Source of the DNA: a virus | Taxonomy: Duplodnaviria > Caudoviricetes | Direction: 5' to 3' (one strand) | IMG/VR virus record: IMGVR_UViG_3300030433_002227 | Location: 1-46,331 of that record | DNA: 46,331 nucleotides | Part shown: piece after piece, positions 34,470-45,150 of the stretch | Numbering within the stretch: position 1 is the stretch's first letter | Layout of the letters: each line of letters opens with the position of its first letter | Notes under the pieces: model-generated | Told to the model about the DNA's origin: nothing | Seen by the model: the letters and a program-made list of their open reading frames with translations, nothing else | Database searches by the model: none | Program-made: the position numbers and the translations under genes

Positions 34470-34880
34470 TTAACTATCTGACACTACTGCACGAAATCTC
34501 ATGATGCCATGCCGTGTTATACCATCACCCTCGACAATTTCCGTATCAAACTCATGCTTGATATTTATGCCAAGCGCACCACTTACAGAAAAAGAAATAT
34601 CATTTAATGCTGTATATACTCTTCCCATAATTTCCTTTATATCACGCTTTCCACGATATTGCGACCAAATATGTATATTCAAAGTATGCTCATGTATATC
34701 TTTATCCTTGGTTGAAATATTTGTAGCCGTATCATCACCAATAACGATGTAGGGATAGTCTGTACCTTCTGGAACATCATCAAACACACCTGTGATAGCA
34801 TTTCCTGCCTCATCCGTTATATTTGCGCTTTCCAAAGTGCTATATATAGTTTTCTGTAATTGCCAACTGTGTAATCCCAT
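34470..34880 (-). CDS. Tail terminator (DUF3168)
   Basis: LQ..IY..L, VFD.VP...YPY..IG, HIWS, TRHG..RF. Confidence 0.88.
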   Translation of the reverse strand: MGLHSWQLQKTIYSTLESANITDEAGNAITGVFDDVPEGTDYPYIVIGDDTATNISTKDKDIHEHTLNIHIWSQYRGKRDIKEIMGRVYTALNDISFSVSGALGINIKHEFDTEIVEGDGITRHGIMRFRAVVSDS

Positions 34881-35305
34881 TACTTAGCCTTTATAATTCT
34901 TTTTTGTAAACGTCTTATTTTCGCCTTATTTGATTCAAGTGCAGGTTGCATGAATGGTCGAGCCGCCATTGTTGATGTACCAAATTCTAGAAATGCTGAA
35001 TAATCTGCCCTACTTTCAACTGATGCACCTAAACCATCAGTATCTATTTTTAAGGAAATATTATTAACTAGAAAACCTGTATCTGTTGCAGGTGGTTCTC
35101 CTGCGGATGATGCCCTATGGATTCTACGTGGATTATACTTTTCATAAACAACTCCAGATTTAGCTCCTTGTTGAATGGACTCAACAGCCGTATTTCTAAC
35201 TAGATTACCTGCCTCACCTACTAAAGCAATTATATCTGCTGTATATTGCGATATAACGGACTTGTAGCGTGTTTTATTAATTACTCTAGTAGTAACCCTT
35301 GCCAT
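34880..35305 (-). CDS. Tail completion protein, HK97 gp10 family
   Basis: H.AS..GE.PA.DTG.L, Y...LEFGT..M.ARPF..PA. Confidence 0.9.
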   Translation of the reverse strand: MARVTTRVINKTRYKSVISQYTADIIALVGEAGNLVRNTAVESIQQGAKSGVVYEKYNPRRIHRASSAGEPPATDTGFLVNNISLKIDTDGLGASVESRADYSAFLEFGTSTMAARPFMQPALESNKAKIRRLQKRIIKAK

Positions 35306-35652
35306 TACGTTGCAACGCCTTCCTCGCACATGATTTCAAGATATTTATCTCTTTCACCTTTATTTTCTATTCGCTTAATATTGAACGTGCGTGTGTATAA
35401 AACATTTTCTGAAGTGAACTGATAAACAATTCGATGTTTTATCGTCAAACCTCTTCGGAAGCGTATGGTTATGAGATGTGTTGTGCGCCCTTCATTTTGA
35501 TCGCCAAAAAATCTTTCCCCACCACCCTTTGCTTCAATTCTTCCAAAAACGGTTGCGATAGTAGAAAAAGTGACACGACCAGAACCACCCCCATCATCAG
35601 TGCGTGATGGAACTTGTAAAGCCAATCTGTGTTGCATTTTACCAACTGCCAT
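35305..35652 (-). CDS. Head closure protein (SPP1 gp16-like)
   Basis: GKM..R..LQ, D.GGG, TH.I.IR, FNI. Confidence 0.88.
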   Translation of the reverse strand: MAVGKMQHRLALQVPSRTDDGGGSGRVTFSTIATVFGRIEAKGGGERFFGDQNEGRTTHLITIRFRRGLTIKHRIVYQFTSENVLYTRTFNIKRIENKGERDKYLEIMCEEGVAT

Positions 35653-36308
35653 TAATAACCACCCTCAAAAGCAGAACTTCCATAAGCCATCACCACATAG
35701 GGTTGAAGTAAACTTGTGACCATTTGAGGGGCATTCAACGCTCGTCCCTCATCATCTCCTCTATGCTCATATAAATTAATTATATATTGTAACATCGCTG
35801 TTCTAATAGCCTCAGGTACATCAGAACGATTTGCACCATACCCTGCTACATACGTTACTTCCAATCCGTTGGCTTTTCTTAAATCAGTTGGAAACGAACC
35901 CCCATCTCTAAGGACAATTCTTGCAGGAACTCTCACGGTATCAACATAATAATTTGATGTTGCCCATGTGCTTTCGGTATCTGAATCATTGAAATATTTA
36001 ACATGGGTAACACTTGATATGGGTGAGCGAGGTAAGGAAATATAATCAACATAGGGTGTTTTATACGCTCCTGTATAAAAGCCTTCTTTCAATGGTACAT
36101 CAAACTCAGAAATATTATCTAATGATAATTTATATGTAGTGTTTATCAGTGTGCGATTGGTATAATTTTCAACCCAATTTCTTGCAGTTGTAATTAATGA
36201 TTCAACCAACATATTATCTACGCCAGAATCAAGTCTAAGATAATTTATTGTTTCAGCGTTTGTAAGCGGTTCAATGCTTGGGGGCGTGACAATGGTTAAG
36301 CCTGACAT
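35652..36308 (-). CDS. Head-tail connector (gp6/gp15-like)
   Basis: P..EPLT..E...YLR.D, AR..VE..T.R, Y.AGYG...VP, YEHR. Confidence 0.9.
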   Translation of the reverse strand: MSGLTIVTPPSIEPLTNAETINYLRLDSGVDNMLVESLITTARNWVENYTNRTLINTTYKLSLDNISEFDVPLKEGFYTGAYKTPYVDYISLPRSPISSVTHVKYFNDSDTESTWATSNYYVDTVRVPARIVLRDGGSFPTDLRKANGLEVTYVAGYGANRSDVPEAIRTAMLQYIINLYEHRGDDEGRALNAPQMVTSLLQPYVVMAYGSSAFEGGY

Positions 36309-36309
36309 A

Positions 36310-36483
36310 CTATTCTCCCTCTTCTTCTGAGTTTGATTGCTTTACTTCTGGCTCATGCCATACCAAACCTTTTTGTGCTTTACGCTCCGCACTCCAACGC
36401 ATCCATAAACGAGGATGTGTAAAACCTTCATCATCCGTCCAAGCTCTACCTTCTTTTATTATTCGTGATCCATATTTCCACAT
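36310..36483 (-). CDS. 57-aa fibre-associated protein (not in the ORF track)
   Basis: MWKYGSRIIKEGRAWTDDEGFTHPRLW...; GAGGTG RBS; fills the gap exactly. Confidence 0.75.
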   Translation of the reverse strand: MWKYGSRIIKEGRAWTDDEGFTHPRLWMRWSAERKAQKGLVWHEPEVKQSNSEEEGE

Positions 36484-36485
36484 AC

Positions 36486-38939
36486 TCACCTCGCATTTGA
36501 ATATTTGACTGGCATTTCAGCAAATGCCATGTAGATGTATATACCACCACCCCCATTGATGTTATTGTGGTCTGTTCTCAATTTAAAGCCATTTGATAGA
36601 AAATCTACATTTCTAAGTGTGCTTGATGCTTCTGTAGTCGTACTATTTGGAAATATTCCTCTACTTGTTGGATTTATAGGATCACGTTCTTTATCAAGAA
36701 TTACCCAACTGGCATTAACACCACTTGAAGAGCGTTTTAACATAACCCATGCAGGACGAAAACCAGTGAAAACAAACGTACCATCATCGAGTCCATTTCC
36801 TTGGTAACTATCAAATTTAGAATATCCATCAACTTCATGAAAACAGTATGTAATATATGTCGTTCCTGTTTTATTAACGCCATTATAACTACCTGCAACA
36901 GCAAACAATGCGTTACCATTATTATCAGAAAATGAGGAATCAACAAATACATTAGATGCCGCTACGGTATCTGTATTAAACAAAGTCATATACTTCGATG
37001 GTGATGCTGTTCCAAATGATTTTTGCCAAACAAACCAAGCATCCGTAACATTATCTTCAGTTCGATTTTTAAGTATCACCATATCTGGTTTCTTTGTTAA
37101 TCCACACCCTATAGTCCTAGTAGCAGATGTACCATCTCCAGTATAACCTACTATGCTAAACCCAGCTTCTGTATTTGCTGAAACAGTGCTTGTTATGTCT
37201 CCTGCTGAATTACTTGATGATGCACCTCCTGCAAGCCAACTCCAACCAACAAAAGTGTTGTTATTTTGATTAGTCGTGCCACCACTGCCAAGTGTAAAAC
37301 CATTGCTGTCAAAACTTGTTACATTGACTGTATTTTCAAATTCAACTCCCCCAGAGTTTGTCTGTAAAGTTGCATTTAGCCCTCTGACTCTATCAACAAC
37401 ATAATGACTTGATGAGCTGTTTCTTTCTTTTATCCAAATCCAATCTGGCGCAAACTGATAGCTAGATATGCTTTGGCTTGAGCCATTTCCTGTCCATAAT
37501 TGTGTGTCAAAGTAATCCTCTGGAAGATCATCATCTAAAGGTGTAATAGATGGTTCTGCAAAATTTTTTGTACACAACGCTAAAAACCCAGATGGAACGG
37601 ATTCATGAAACGCTCCAATTCCATTTTCATCAGCATTTGAAGCTACTGATTCTAAACCAGAAAATGTACTATCTTGTCCAAAATTAAATTGAACGGCACT
37701 AGAGCCACTTGTTGATGCGTTAACAAAATAAGCCAAATAATCTTCAGTTCCAATAGTCGCCTCTGTGACAGTGCCTTGACTAACTCCATTTTTAAAGAAC
37801 TGTACTGTACCATTTACTCCGTCAACCGCTACACCGATAACATCTGAATCAGTGTATGATGCGCCAGATACTTCTGTTGCACCTGTTATGTTGCTAAATA
37901 TAGCACCGCTTGTGCCACTATAATATATAGAACCTGTTTGTGCATAACTATAATTTCTTGTTCCACCAACTGAAGCCTTCACTATGCCTATGGCTGTTCC
38001 ATTACCAACAGAGTTTGCCCTTGCCTCAAAATAAAACTTTTGACCACTGGCATTAACAGCCATTGTGCTACAGATAACTAAAGTAGTACTCCCTGTTGTA
38101 ACTCTCAAACTGCCTTCACTCAATGTCATGCCAGAATTTGATAATGCAGATAAAGTAGCAAAATTATTAGTTGGACTATCTGGAACAACATCATGCGTTG
38201 TGACATTGGTTGGAGTGAAATCATTATTGTTACCACTTGTGTCATTGCCAATGTCAGAACTATCTTCAAACTCTAATCTAAAACCATTACTGCCATAAGA
38301 ACCTGTGTATTCAATTGGAATCCACACACCTGATTTAGTTTCTCCAAAACTTGTTGGATTTAACTGTTGTCCATCTATAAAATGAACTTGTGCCATGTAT
38401 CCATCAAAGTTACCTGTGGTGCTTCCGCCATATCTTCCAATATAATGTAAGATATTATAATTAAATATAGTGCTGTAATCTTGTGAGGGGTATGTTGATG
38501 TTGAAAAATCAGTTATTTGATTACCATTCACATAAAGTTTAACACGGTTTGTGTTAGTAGATTGTGTAGTATCAACCGCCACCACAATATTATACCAAGA
38601 ACCTACATCACGATGAAGTGCGGTAGTAGAAAGATTAATACCGTTAGCATCTGCTATTTTACTGACGATATTTATTTTCCCACTAGAATCAAATCTAATC
38701 AGTCCATAATTTTGAGTATTTACAAAAGAACCTAGAAACACTGGAAAAGTAGAAGTTAAAGCAGAGTGTTTAACCCACACACTAAATGTCCATATTTTTC
38801 TATTTCCACTACTGCCTAATGTTTTACTTAAATTTGCTGTGCTACCATCATCAAAACGCAAAGAATCATTTACCAAATATTCATAAAAATCTGACTTTCC
38901 AGAAAAGAATAAGTGAGATGCGCCAAATATTCCTGACAT
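36486..38939 (-). CDS. Virion receptor-binding/fibre protein with LamG (ConA-like) and SPRY-like domains
   Basis: WTFSVWVK, WYNIV, FIDG, FYFE, D.IGVA.D, FNFGQ, PD.VW.K repeats, YMAFAE.P. Confidence 0.82.
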   Translation of the reverse strand: MSGIFGASHLFFSGKSDFYEYLVNDSLRFDDGSTANLSKTLGSSGNRKIWTFSVWVKHSALTSTFPVFLGSFVNTQNYGLIRFDSSGKINIVSKIADANGINLSTTALHRDVGSWYNIVVAVDTTQSTNTNRVKLYVNGNQITDFSTSTYPSQDYSTIFNYNILHYIGRYGGSTTGNFDGYMAQVHFIDGQQLNPTSFGETKSGVWIPIEYTGSYGSNGFRLEFEDSSDIGNDTSGNNNDFTPTNVTTHDVVPDSPTNNFATLSALSNSGMTLSEGSLRVTTGSTTLVICSTMAVNASGQKFYFEARANSVGNGTAIGIVKASVGGTRNYSYAQTGSIYYSGTSGAIFSNITGATEVSGASYTDSDVIGVAVDGVNGTVQFFKNGVSQGTVTEATIGTEDYLAYFVNASTSGSSAVQFNFGQDSTFSGLESVASNADENGIGAFHESVPSGFLALCTKNFAEPSITPLDDDLPEDYFDTQLWTGNGSSQSISSYQFAPDWIWIKERNSSSSHYVVDRVRGLNATLQTNSGGVEFENTVNVTSFDSNGFTLGSGGTTNQNNNTFVGWSWLAGGASSSNSAGDITSTVSANTEAGFSIVGYTGDGTSATRTIGCGLTKKPDMVILKNRTEDNVTDAWFVWQKSFGTASPSKYMTLFNTDTVAASNVFVDSSFSDNNGNALFAVAGSYNGVNKTGTTYITYCFHEVDGYSKFDSYQGNGLDDGTFVFTGFRPAWVMLKRSSSGVNASWVILDKERDPINPTSRGIFPNSTTTEASSTLRNVDFLSNGFKLRTDHNNINGGGGIYIYMAFAEMPVKYSNAR

Positions 38940-39838
38940 TACGCAAACGCTTTCTGTGGTGTTCCAAGTAAAATTCTATTTGAGGCTATCACTACGTATG
39001 GAACTAAATCAGTTGCTCCTGCTGTGCTTGATAAATCTAAAGAAGAACCACCCCCTGCAATTTCATAATCCCCTTGTATTGAAACTTGACGATTTCCTGT
39101 TCCATCTTGAATGAATGCTATGAATCCTGATTGACCTACTTGCTCAGTGGATGGGTTTTGTAAATCAACATCTCCTGTTAGCGTCAGAACAAAATTTTGA
39201 TTGGTTGCAAAATCTAATGTGACATTTCCTGTGTTGGTTGTATCCGTATCTGTGGTTGCCAGAGCTGTTCCTGTAACTGTGATTCCATTTGCTGTTGTTT
39301 CTACTTTCTTTGAATCATTGTGATAAAGTTCGACCGCACCATCATCAATAAATTTTGCCATTGTTTCTGAAGTGCCTTTAATATCTAATTGACTTGAAAT
39401 AATTGTCAAATTACCTGTGCCTGTATCTTCAATAAAACTTCCATTCGTTGCGTGATGATAAATTGATAAATCTGTGCTTGCTCCAAAAGTAAGACGATCA
39501 TCAGAAGCACTTGCACTATCTCCAAAAACAATATTTTTTGTGTTGACATCTAAATTTCCACCAAGTTGTGGTGTTGTATCCGATGCAATATTGATGGTTG
39601 TTGGGCTTGCAGTATCTGCACTTTGGTCAAACGTGAACAAACTTATAAAAGCATCATTATCTGCGTTTCTTATTTTGAGAATATTATTACCAGTATCATA
39701 CCAATATTGATAAGCAAATGTTGTTGATGGTGCTGTTCCATTTGAATTATTACTAGAAACTGCTGAAAGAGCATTATTCAAATCACTTCTAAAATTTGGA
39801 AATGATTGGTTTGCAATAACATAATCATGAGTTGCCAT
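38939..39838 (-). CDS. Tail fibre protein
   Basis: HDYVIANQ...R.DLN.AL anchor, W.DT....LK.R, PQLGGNLD. Confidence 0.82.
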   Translation of the reverse strand: MATHDYVIANQSFPNFRSDLNNALSAVSSNNSNGTAPSTTFAYQYWYDTGNNILKIRNADNDAFISLFTFDQSADTASPTTINIASDTTPQLGGNLDVNTKNIVFGDSASASDDRLTFGASTDLSIYHHATNGSFIEDTGTGNLTIISSQLDIKGTSETMAKFIDDGAVELYHNDSKKVETTANGITVTGTALATTDTDTTNTGNVTLDFATNQNFVLTLTGDVDLQNPSTEQVGQSGFIAFIQDGTGNRQVSIQGDYEIAGGGSSLDLSSTAGATDLVPYVVIASNRILLGTPQKAFA

Positions 39839-39847
39839 TTGTTTCTC

Positions 39848-42733
39848 CTATGCCGCTACTTCCCCAAACCCTTTTGCAACATAATCAAAGGTTCGATTTA
39901 CTCCTGCATTACTACTATTAAAAAACTGTATAGTAAATCCTGTTGCTGATTTACTAGTTATAGCATAATAATCTCCAGATGATAAGTTTTGTGCTGTTAT
40001 TCCTATTCCTGATAAAGTTTTATATGCAGGTGAAAAGGTTATTGTCTTTGTACCTGTTCCACTTGATAAATCAGATTCAGCTATAACTCTGTCAGGCATA
40101 TCTATTGTAACTTTCAATGTCCCTACTTTTGGGGATGCTGTGGTGGATGTAGTTGTAAGTATCGCCTTGAACTTAAATGCTCTTGCTTTGTAATCACCTG
40201 CAAAAAACTTTCTAAAATCAGTATAAGTTGGTGAACCACTCGGATCACCTTCTGTGGTTGCTATTTGTACTTCTACATTTGTATCATCAAATGCTTGAAC
40301 ATCGCCATCAAAATTTCCTATTCCATCATCAAATAAACCTGTTGCAGAATCAAACAAATCTGCATATTCAACACGAGTCACAGAAATATCTGTTGAAACT
40401 CTGCTTGTATAAACAGCACCTAAATCAACAAAATTATCAAATTCATAAGTTCCTGTAAGATGCACTGCATCTGCGCCTCCATCAAACAAACCAGTAGCGT
40501 CATCAAAATTTCCTGTTGCCGCATCAAATAAACCTTGAGTTGAAAGAACCAATCCATCCTCAACTGCCGCTACATTTGTCTTTGCGCCACTGAAATCAGG
40601 ATTTTGTGTTGAGGTTGCCACTGCGTTTAACCCTTTTATGCTTTCAATCAATGCAACTTGGCTTGAAGCGTTCAGAGAATTATTGCCTAATTTATCTATA
40701 GATTTGATAAAATATGTTCCAGTGATTGCAGGGACTACAACGGTGTTTGCAGGGCGTGAAACCTTTTCGGCAAGGGTAACACTATTTGAGTAAGTAGCAC
40801 CGCTAGTCAAGCTTGAATGGCGTATTACATAGTGACTTAAATCTAGATCAGAAACAGGTGTCCATGCGAGATGTGCTTCTGTGCCTATAATATTGACTGA
40901 AAAGTTTGTAACATCTGATGGCAACGCTGTTTTACCAACTACCTGATGCTGAACAGTGGTAAAATCAGATGTTACCCCTATTGTTGAAATGACTCTTGCT
41001 CTTACATCGTAAGTTGCTGAATCTTCCACATCAACCAACTCAAATTTATTTGAAGCAGAAGTTCCTATCGCTATGAAATTAGCATCTGTTGCTTTCTTTG
41101 CTTCTACCTCAAACTGGTCTGCATAAACACTTGCAGATGTTGGTTGTGCAACCAAAACAGATAGAGCCTTTTCATTAAAAACCTGTAACTCATCAGACAC
41201 ACTCAAGCTAGGGGCTTCTATTGTAAATGGGTCAGGCAATGTTGTGTTATCTTGTTGAAAACTAGCTTCATCTACAGATTCCGTCCAATCATAAACTGAA
41301 CTTGCTGTTTCTCTGGCTACAATATTTACTCCAACATCACTTGCGCTTGCTTGAAACCCCCATTCCACGACCTCAAATATTTTATTTGTCATCCCTAGTT
41401 TGGCATTGGTAAATTGAAACGTATCGCCAATTGCAAGTTTAAAACCTTTTAGATTTGCGCCAAACTGTAATAATATCTGTTGCCTATTTTGAAATAACTG
41501 AATCTTGGCTAATCTTTGAGCCATTGAAGAAGATGTGGTAAATGGTAAATCATAATCAATGAAAATTTGCTCTCCATCTTCGTTTTCAAATGTGCTTGAT
41601 GTCACCGCAGGATAATCAGCAGGAATAAAATTAGTTTCTGTTGGCGCAAATATTCCTTTTATCGCGTTAAAGTTATCCCTCTTACTTTTTCGTGTTGTCA
41701 CAGAAAGATTGCCTATTATATCACCTTCTGAAATAGTTAAAGATGGGCTTACATATTTGGCGGCTTTTAAACTAAATTTTCCATTGGAATAATAGATAAG
41801 ACCACCACAACTTGTTATCATTTTAGTAAGATTGCTTCTAGCTGATTGTGAACTTTCAACTGTGCCATTGAAAGTGTACTTACTTTCACTTCCCCCATCT
41901 TTTAGATTCACTGTTTCATCACATATGTTTGCGGCTGTGGTAAAATCAGTATCATTTATTTCTGAGGATAATGCGCCCAAACCAAAACGTGAATTTAAAA
42001 TATAATCACGAATACACAAAGCAGGATTTGTAGAATAGGCTGTTGTCGTATTTCTTGGATCGTAAACTTTCTTACCCTGCACTTTGAAAGAAAGATTCGG
42101 TAAACCACTTGCAAACGCATTTCTATCAAATTGTAGTCTAGCATAAACATAGGCTATGCCTTGCAATCTATGTTGATCTGACCAAACTGCTGACTCTGAA
42201 ACAAGGTTTGTATCTGCCGCTTGGTTATCTGATCCAAGATGTGTATAGATTCTTACTTTATTGGCAAATTTTGATGGTGATGTGCAATCCCCATTCGAAT
42301 CAATTGTTATTTCTTCATCACCTATAAAGATTCCTGTGGTGTTGCTTCCACTTGCTGTTCCAATGGCGTTCACCTCATGGCTTGCAATCATAATAATAAG
42401 ATGAAGAAATTTATCATTTTGTGTAGATTCTGCGTGTGCTAAAACACCAGAAACCCTTGCCTCTCCATAAATTGCCCTTCTTGGGAAAGTTGGCTGTTTT
42501 ATCATTTGGGTTCTTTGATTGCCAATAGAAGCAAAATCAGAAAAATCAGGTAAATTTGGAGTTGGTGTTAAGGCTTGACCTGCCGCGCTTGCAGACGCAT
42601 AAACAGCGAATTGGGAAACCTTACTTAGACTTGCCATAAAACCAGAACCGCCTGTCATAACGGTCATTAGGGTGGCTTGTATAAGAGTTTCTGGCTTTGT
42701 AAGAGCTTTTATAAATTTATCAAAAAATCCCAT
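39848..42733 (-). CDS. Central tail-tip / host-specificity protein (lambda J / Tal-like, FN3 domains)
   Basis: R..IYG..RV.G, H.L.GIAY, G.KVYDPR, NPALC..DY, AQRLAK. Confidence 0.9.
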   Translation of the reverse strand: MGFFDKFIKALTKPETLIQATLMTVMTGGSGFMASLSKVSQFAVYASASAAGQALTPTPNLPDFSDFASIGNQRTQMIKQPTFPRRAIYGEARVSGVLAHAESTQNDKFLHLIIMIASHEVNAIGTASGSNTTGIFIGDEEITIDSNGDCTSPSKFANKVRIYTHLGSDNQAADTNLVSESAVWSDQHRLQGIAYVYARLQFDRNAFASGLPNLSFKVQGKKVYDPRNTTTAYSTNPALCIRDYILNSRFGLGALSSEINDTDFTTAANICDETVNLKDGGSESKYTFNGTVESSQSARSNLTKMITSCGGLIYYSNGKFSLKAAKYVSPSLTISEGDIIGNLSVTTRKSKRDNFNAIKGIFAPTETNFIPADYPAVTSSTFENEDGEQIFIDYDLPFTTSSSMAQRLAKIQLFQNRQQILLQFGANLKGFKLAIGDTFQFTNAKLGMTNKIFEVVEWGFQASASDVGVNIVARETASSVYDWTESVDEASFQQDNTTLPDPFTIEAPSLSVSDELQVFNEKALSVLVAQPTSASVYADQFEVEAKKATDANFIAIGTSASNKFELVDVEDSATYDVRARVISTIGVTSDFTTVQHQVVGKTALPSDVTNFSVNIIGTEAHLAWTPVSDLDLSHYVIRHSSLTSGATYSNSVTLAEKVSRPANTVVVPAITGTYFIKSIDKLGNNSLNASSQVALIESIKGLNAVATSTQNPDFSGAKTNVAAVEDGLVLSTQGLFDAATGNFDDATGLFDGGADAVHLTGTYEFDNFVDLGAVYTSRVSTDISVTRVEYADLFDSATGLFDDGIGNFDGDVQAFDDTNVEVQIATTEGDPSGSPTYTDFRKFFAGDYKARAFKFKAILTTTSTTASPKVGTLKVTIDMPDRVIAESDLSSGTGTKTITFSPAYKTLSGIGITAQNLSSGDYYAITSKSATGFTIQFFNSSNAGVNRTFDYVAKGFGEVAA

Positions 42734-43290
42734 TACCTACCCCATACAATTTCTTTTTCTTGTAAATCTGCTATAAGGTCTAGCCCTAGGTCGTTTGGGA
42801 AATCTATTTTTTGATCTTCGCTTGTAAATCTTCTTAATTTAGAATTTTCTAAACGTATTAATCGACTTTCTAAATTCACTGACATGGTTGCTGTTTCAGA
42901 ATCTTCTGCAATAGACATAACGTCCATAAACCCTTTAAATATCATGTATGGATCGGCTATCACCGCATTGTTGCTATCTAATGCACCAAAATAAATTTCT
43001 GCATTTCGTGATTGATAATTCTCATTCAATGCCGCAGATATTAAATCTGAAGGTATGCCAGATATAGTTATTGTTGAACCATTTGCCTGTATTTGACCTG
43101 TTTCATTTACAGGTGCAATATTTAGAACATTCCCACCTCCAATATAGGAAACACCCCCAAAGGTTATTGTTCCAAGCCCTGTCCACAAACGAACAGGATC
43201 GCCCTCGAAATCAAGAAGAACGGCAAAAAAAGGTCTAACAGCACTTGTGTTAAACTCTGTATCTAATGCGCTTGTAATATCTCTTGTCAT
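42733..43290 (-). CDS. Baseplate hub / minor tail protein (DUF2163 / gpL-like)
   Basis: LWTG.G, Y.G.G..L, F.G.MD, ES.LI.L, DQ...P.D.G, WG. Confidence 0.8.
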   Translation of the reverse strand: MTRDITSALDTEFNTSAVRPFFAVLLDFEGDPVRLWTGLGTITFGGVSYIGGGNVLNIAPVNETGQIQANGSTITISGIPSDLISAALNENYQSRNAEIYFGALDSNNAVIADPYMIFKGFMDVMSIAEDSETATMSVNLESRLIRLENSKLRRFTSEDQKIDFPNDLGLDLIADLQEKEIVWGR

Positions 43291-43291
43291 C

Positions 43292-45142
43292 TTACCCTAT
43301 CTTTAATGCCATTATATTAAATCTACAACCATTTCCATCTGCCCTCAAAGAACCATTACCAGAATTTCTTTTCGCTTGCACTCTGAAAACATCCCCTGCC
43401 GTGACAGTGTACATCAAAGTCACAGAACCTTCAGTTGCATCTTGGGCGTTGTTTCTATGATAGGTTTGCGCTGTTGATCCTGCAACTTCTGCGAAACTGC
43501 CCCCTGATGCTTTTCTTTGTAACCGCATAATTCCCTCTGAACGTGATGTGGAAGTGTTGCCGATTGTAAGCTGAAACATCATTAAATATACCCCTGCTTT
43601 TGCAATGGTGACTTCTCCTGCGCTTTCACTAAAAACTTCTGTATCTGAATTTTGTCTATTTGTATCAAAATCAATCGTGGAATAAGAAGTGGAAAGTGTT
43701 TGGTTTGATGAAAGATATGAGTCGTAAAATACTGCCACCATAGCTGTGCCTGTCTGGTCAGGTAGCGTAATCGTTCTATCGGCTGTGGGGTCGGTTATTT
43801 GAATAAAAAGTTCATGACTGCTAGAAGTTGCCCCCTCAAAAACCATTTGGTCACCAATAATATATGGATTTCCTGTTATTGTTACACCAGTGCTTGTTGT
43901 TTCTATCTTCTTACTGTTGTCGTGGTATAGCTCTACTGCGCCATTCGCAATTCCCCTCAAATAAGGTTCACCATCAGCACTATCTAAAGTTAAATTAGTT
44001 GCTCGTACAAATAAATTTCCTGAACCTGATTCACTTATTAAACTGTGACCAGAACTAGAAATATGACGTATTGATAAGTCACTTCCATCACCAAATATTG
44101 CGTTAACATCATCGCTAAAGGTCAAGTCACCAGATGTTTTAGTATCTGCCGCATCACTGCGTAAAAAGGATGTACTGTCTACGCTATCAAGGGTGGTAGC
44201 GTTTACGTTGGTAAGACTAGAGCCATCTCCATCGGCAAGCAAAACTGTACCTGTGGCATCAGGTAATGTAATAGTGCGGTCTGCTGTGGGGTCAGTAACA
44301 GTCAGGGTTGTTTCGTTTGCATCATCTGATGAGCCTTCAAATTGAATATTTACATTAGGTCTAAGAATTGGATTTTTAAAAAATTGTATTAGGTTAAAAC
44401 CCATACTCATGAATTGAGTATCTTCTGTGCCATTTTGAACAAGGTTGAATTGTAGTTGCCCTCTTTCATTTCCATTGTCTTCTGAACCTGCAATAGACTT
44501 AATTTCAGCATACTTTGTTTTAGTTCCACCCTCATCATTACCAAAGAAATGAATTTCTCCTAAAACATCTCCATCAGTGGGGCTTGAACTATTTCTATAC
44601 AATTCAAGTGTAGGGTCTTCTGAAGCACCTGTATTGGTGCTTGTTATTTGTACATTATCTGAGAGGTCTTTAAAGATTAAAGTGCCATTTTCATTTGGGA
44701 TGATCATGGAAGTAGTGGTAGAAACAGAAGCAAATTCTAAACTGGCTCTTTTTGTACCACCGACTTGTTGAGATTGAATTTTAACACCTTCGCCTAGTAG
44801 CAAAGTTGTTTCACTTCCATCCATTGTCAAAAAAGTTATATCAGCGGTATTATCTGTGCCTTTGAAAATAATATCTGTGTTATTCCCTTGAGCATCAATC
44901 GTTATATTCCCTGCTGTTGTGGCAAGCGTAGATGCGGCATCCCCTGTCGTGATGTCATCTAGTGCTACTGATCCACCTCCACCACCCCCACCACCTGCTA
45001 ATTCTTTAACAGTGCCATCAGTATGTTTTGTGAATAGTTTTGCGTCTGCTGTATTGACGGCTAATTCGCCAACCGCAAGATCACTTGCAGATGGGGTATC
45101 TGATGCTGTTGATGAGCGTTTTATTTGGATTGTGTTCGCCAC
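43292..45142 (-). CDS. Fibre protein (Mtd_N-like N-terminus, C1q/TNF-like C-terminal head)
   Basis: MANTIQIKRS...GELAVN..D.KLF; DPTADRTITLPD twice; F....G..TI...GVY...GD...V. Confidence 0.8.
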   Translation of the reverse strand: MANTIQIKRSSTASDTPSASDLAVGELAVNTADAKLFTKHTDGTVKELAGGGGGGGGSVALDDITTGDAASTLATTAGNITIDAQGNNTDIIFKGTDNTADITFLTMDGSETTLLLGEGVKIQSQQVGGTKRASLEFASVSTTTSMIIPNENGTLIFKDLSDNVQITSTNTGASEDPTLELYRNSSSPTDGDVLGEIHFFGNDEGGTKTKYAEIKSIAGSEDNGNERGQLQFNLVQNGTEDTQFMSMGFNLIQFFKNPILRPNVNIQFEGSSDDANETTLTVTDPTADRTITLPDATGTVLLADGDGSSLTNVNATTLDSVDSTSFLRSDAADTKTSGDLTFSDDVNAIFGDGSDLSIRHISSSGHSLISESGSGNLFVRATNLTLDSADGEPYLRGIANGAVELYHDNSKKIETTSTGVTITGNPYIIGDQMVFEGATSSSHELFIQITDPTADRTITLPDQTGTAMVAVFYDSYLSSNQTLSTSYSTIDFDTNRQNSDTEVFSESAGEVTIAKAGVYLMMFQLTIGNTSTSRSEGIMRLQRKASGGSFAEVAGSTAQTYHRNNAQDATEGSVTLMYTVTAGDVFRVQAKRNSGNGSLRADGNGCRFNIMALKIG

Positions 45143-45150
45143 TCAGCACC

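Noticed and set aside
43740-44310. Diversity-generating retroelement (Mtd_N-like fibre, repeated segments)
   Set aside because: No reverse transcriptase; the repeats are short protein modules with synonymous differences, not an adenine-specific TR/VR pair.
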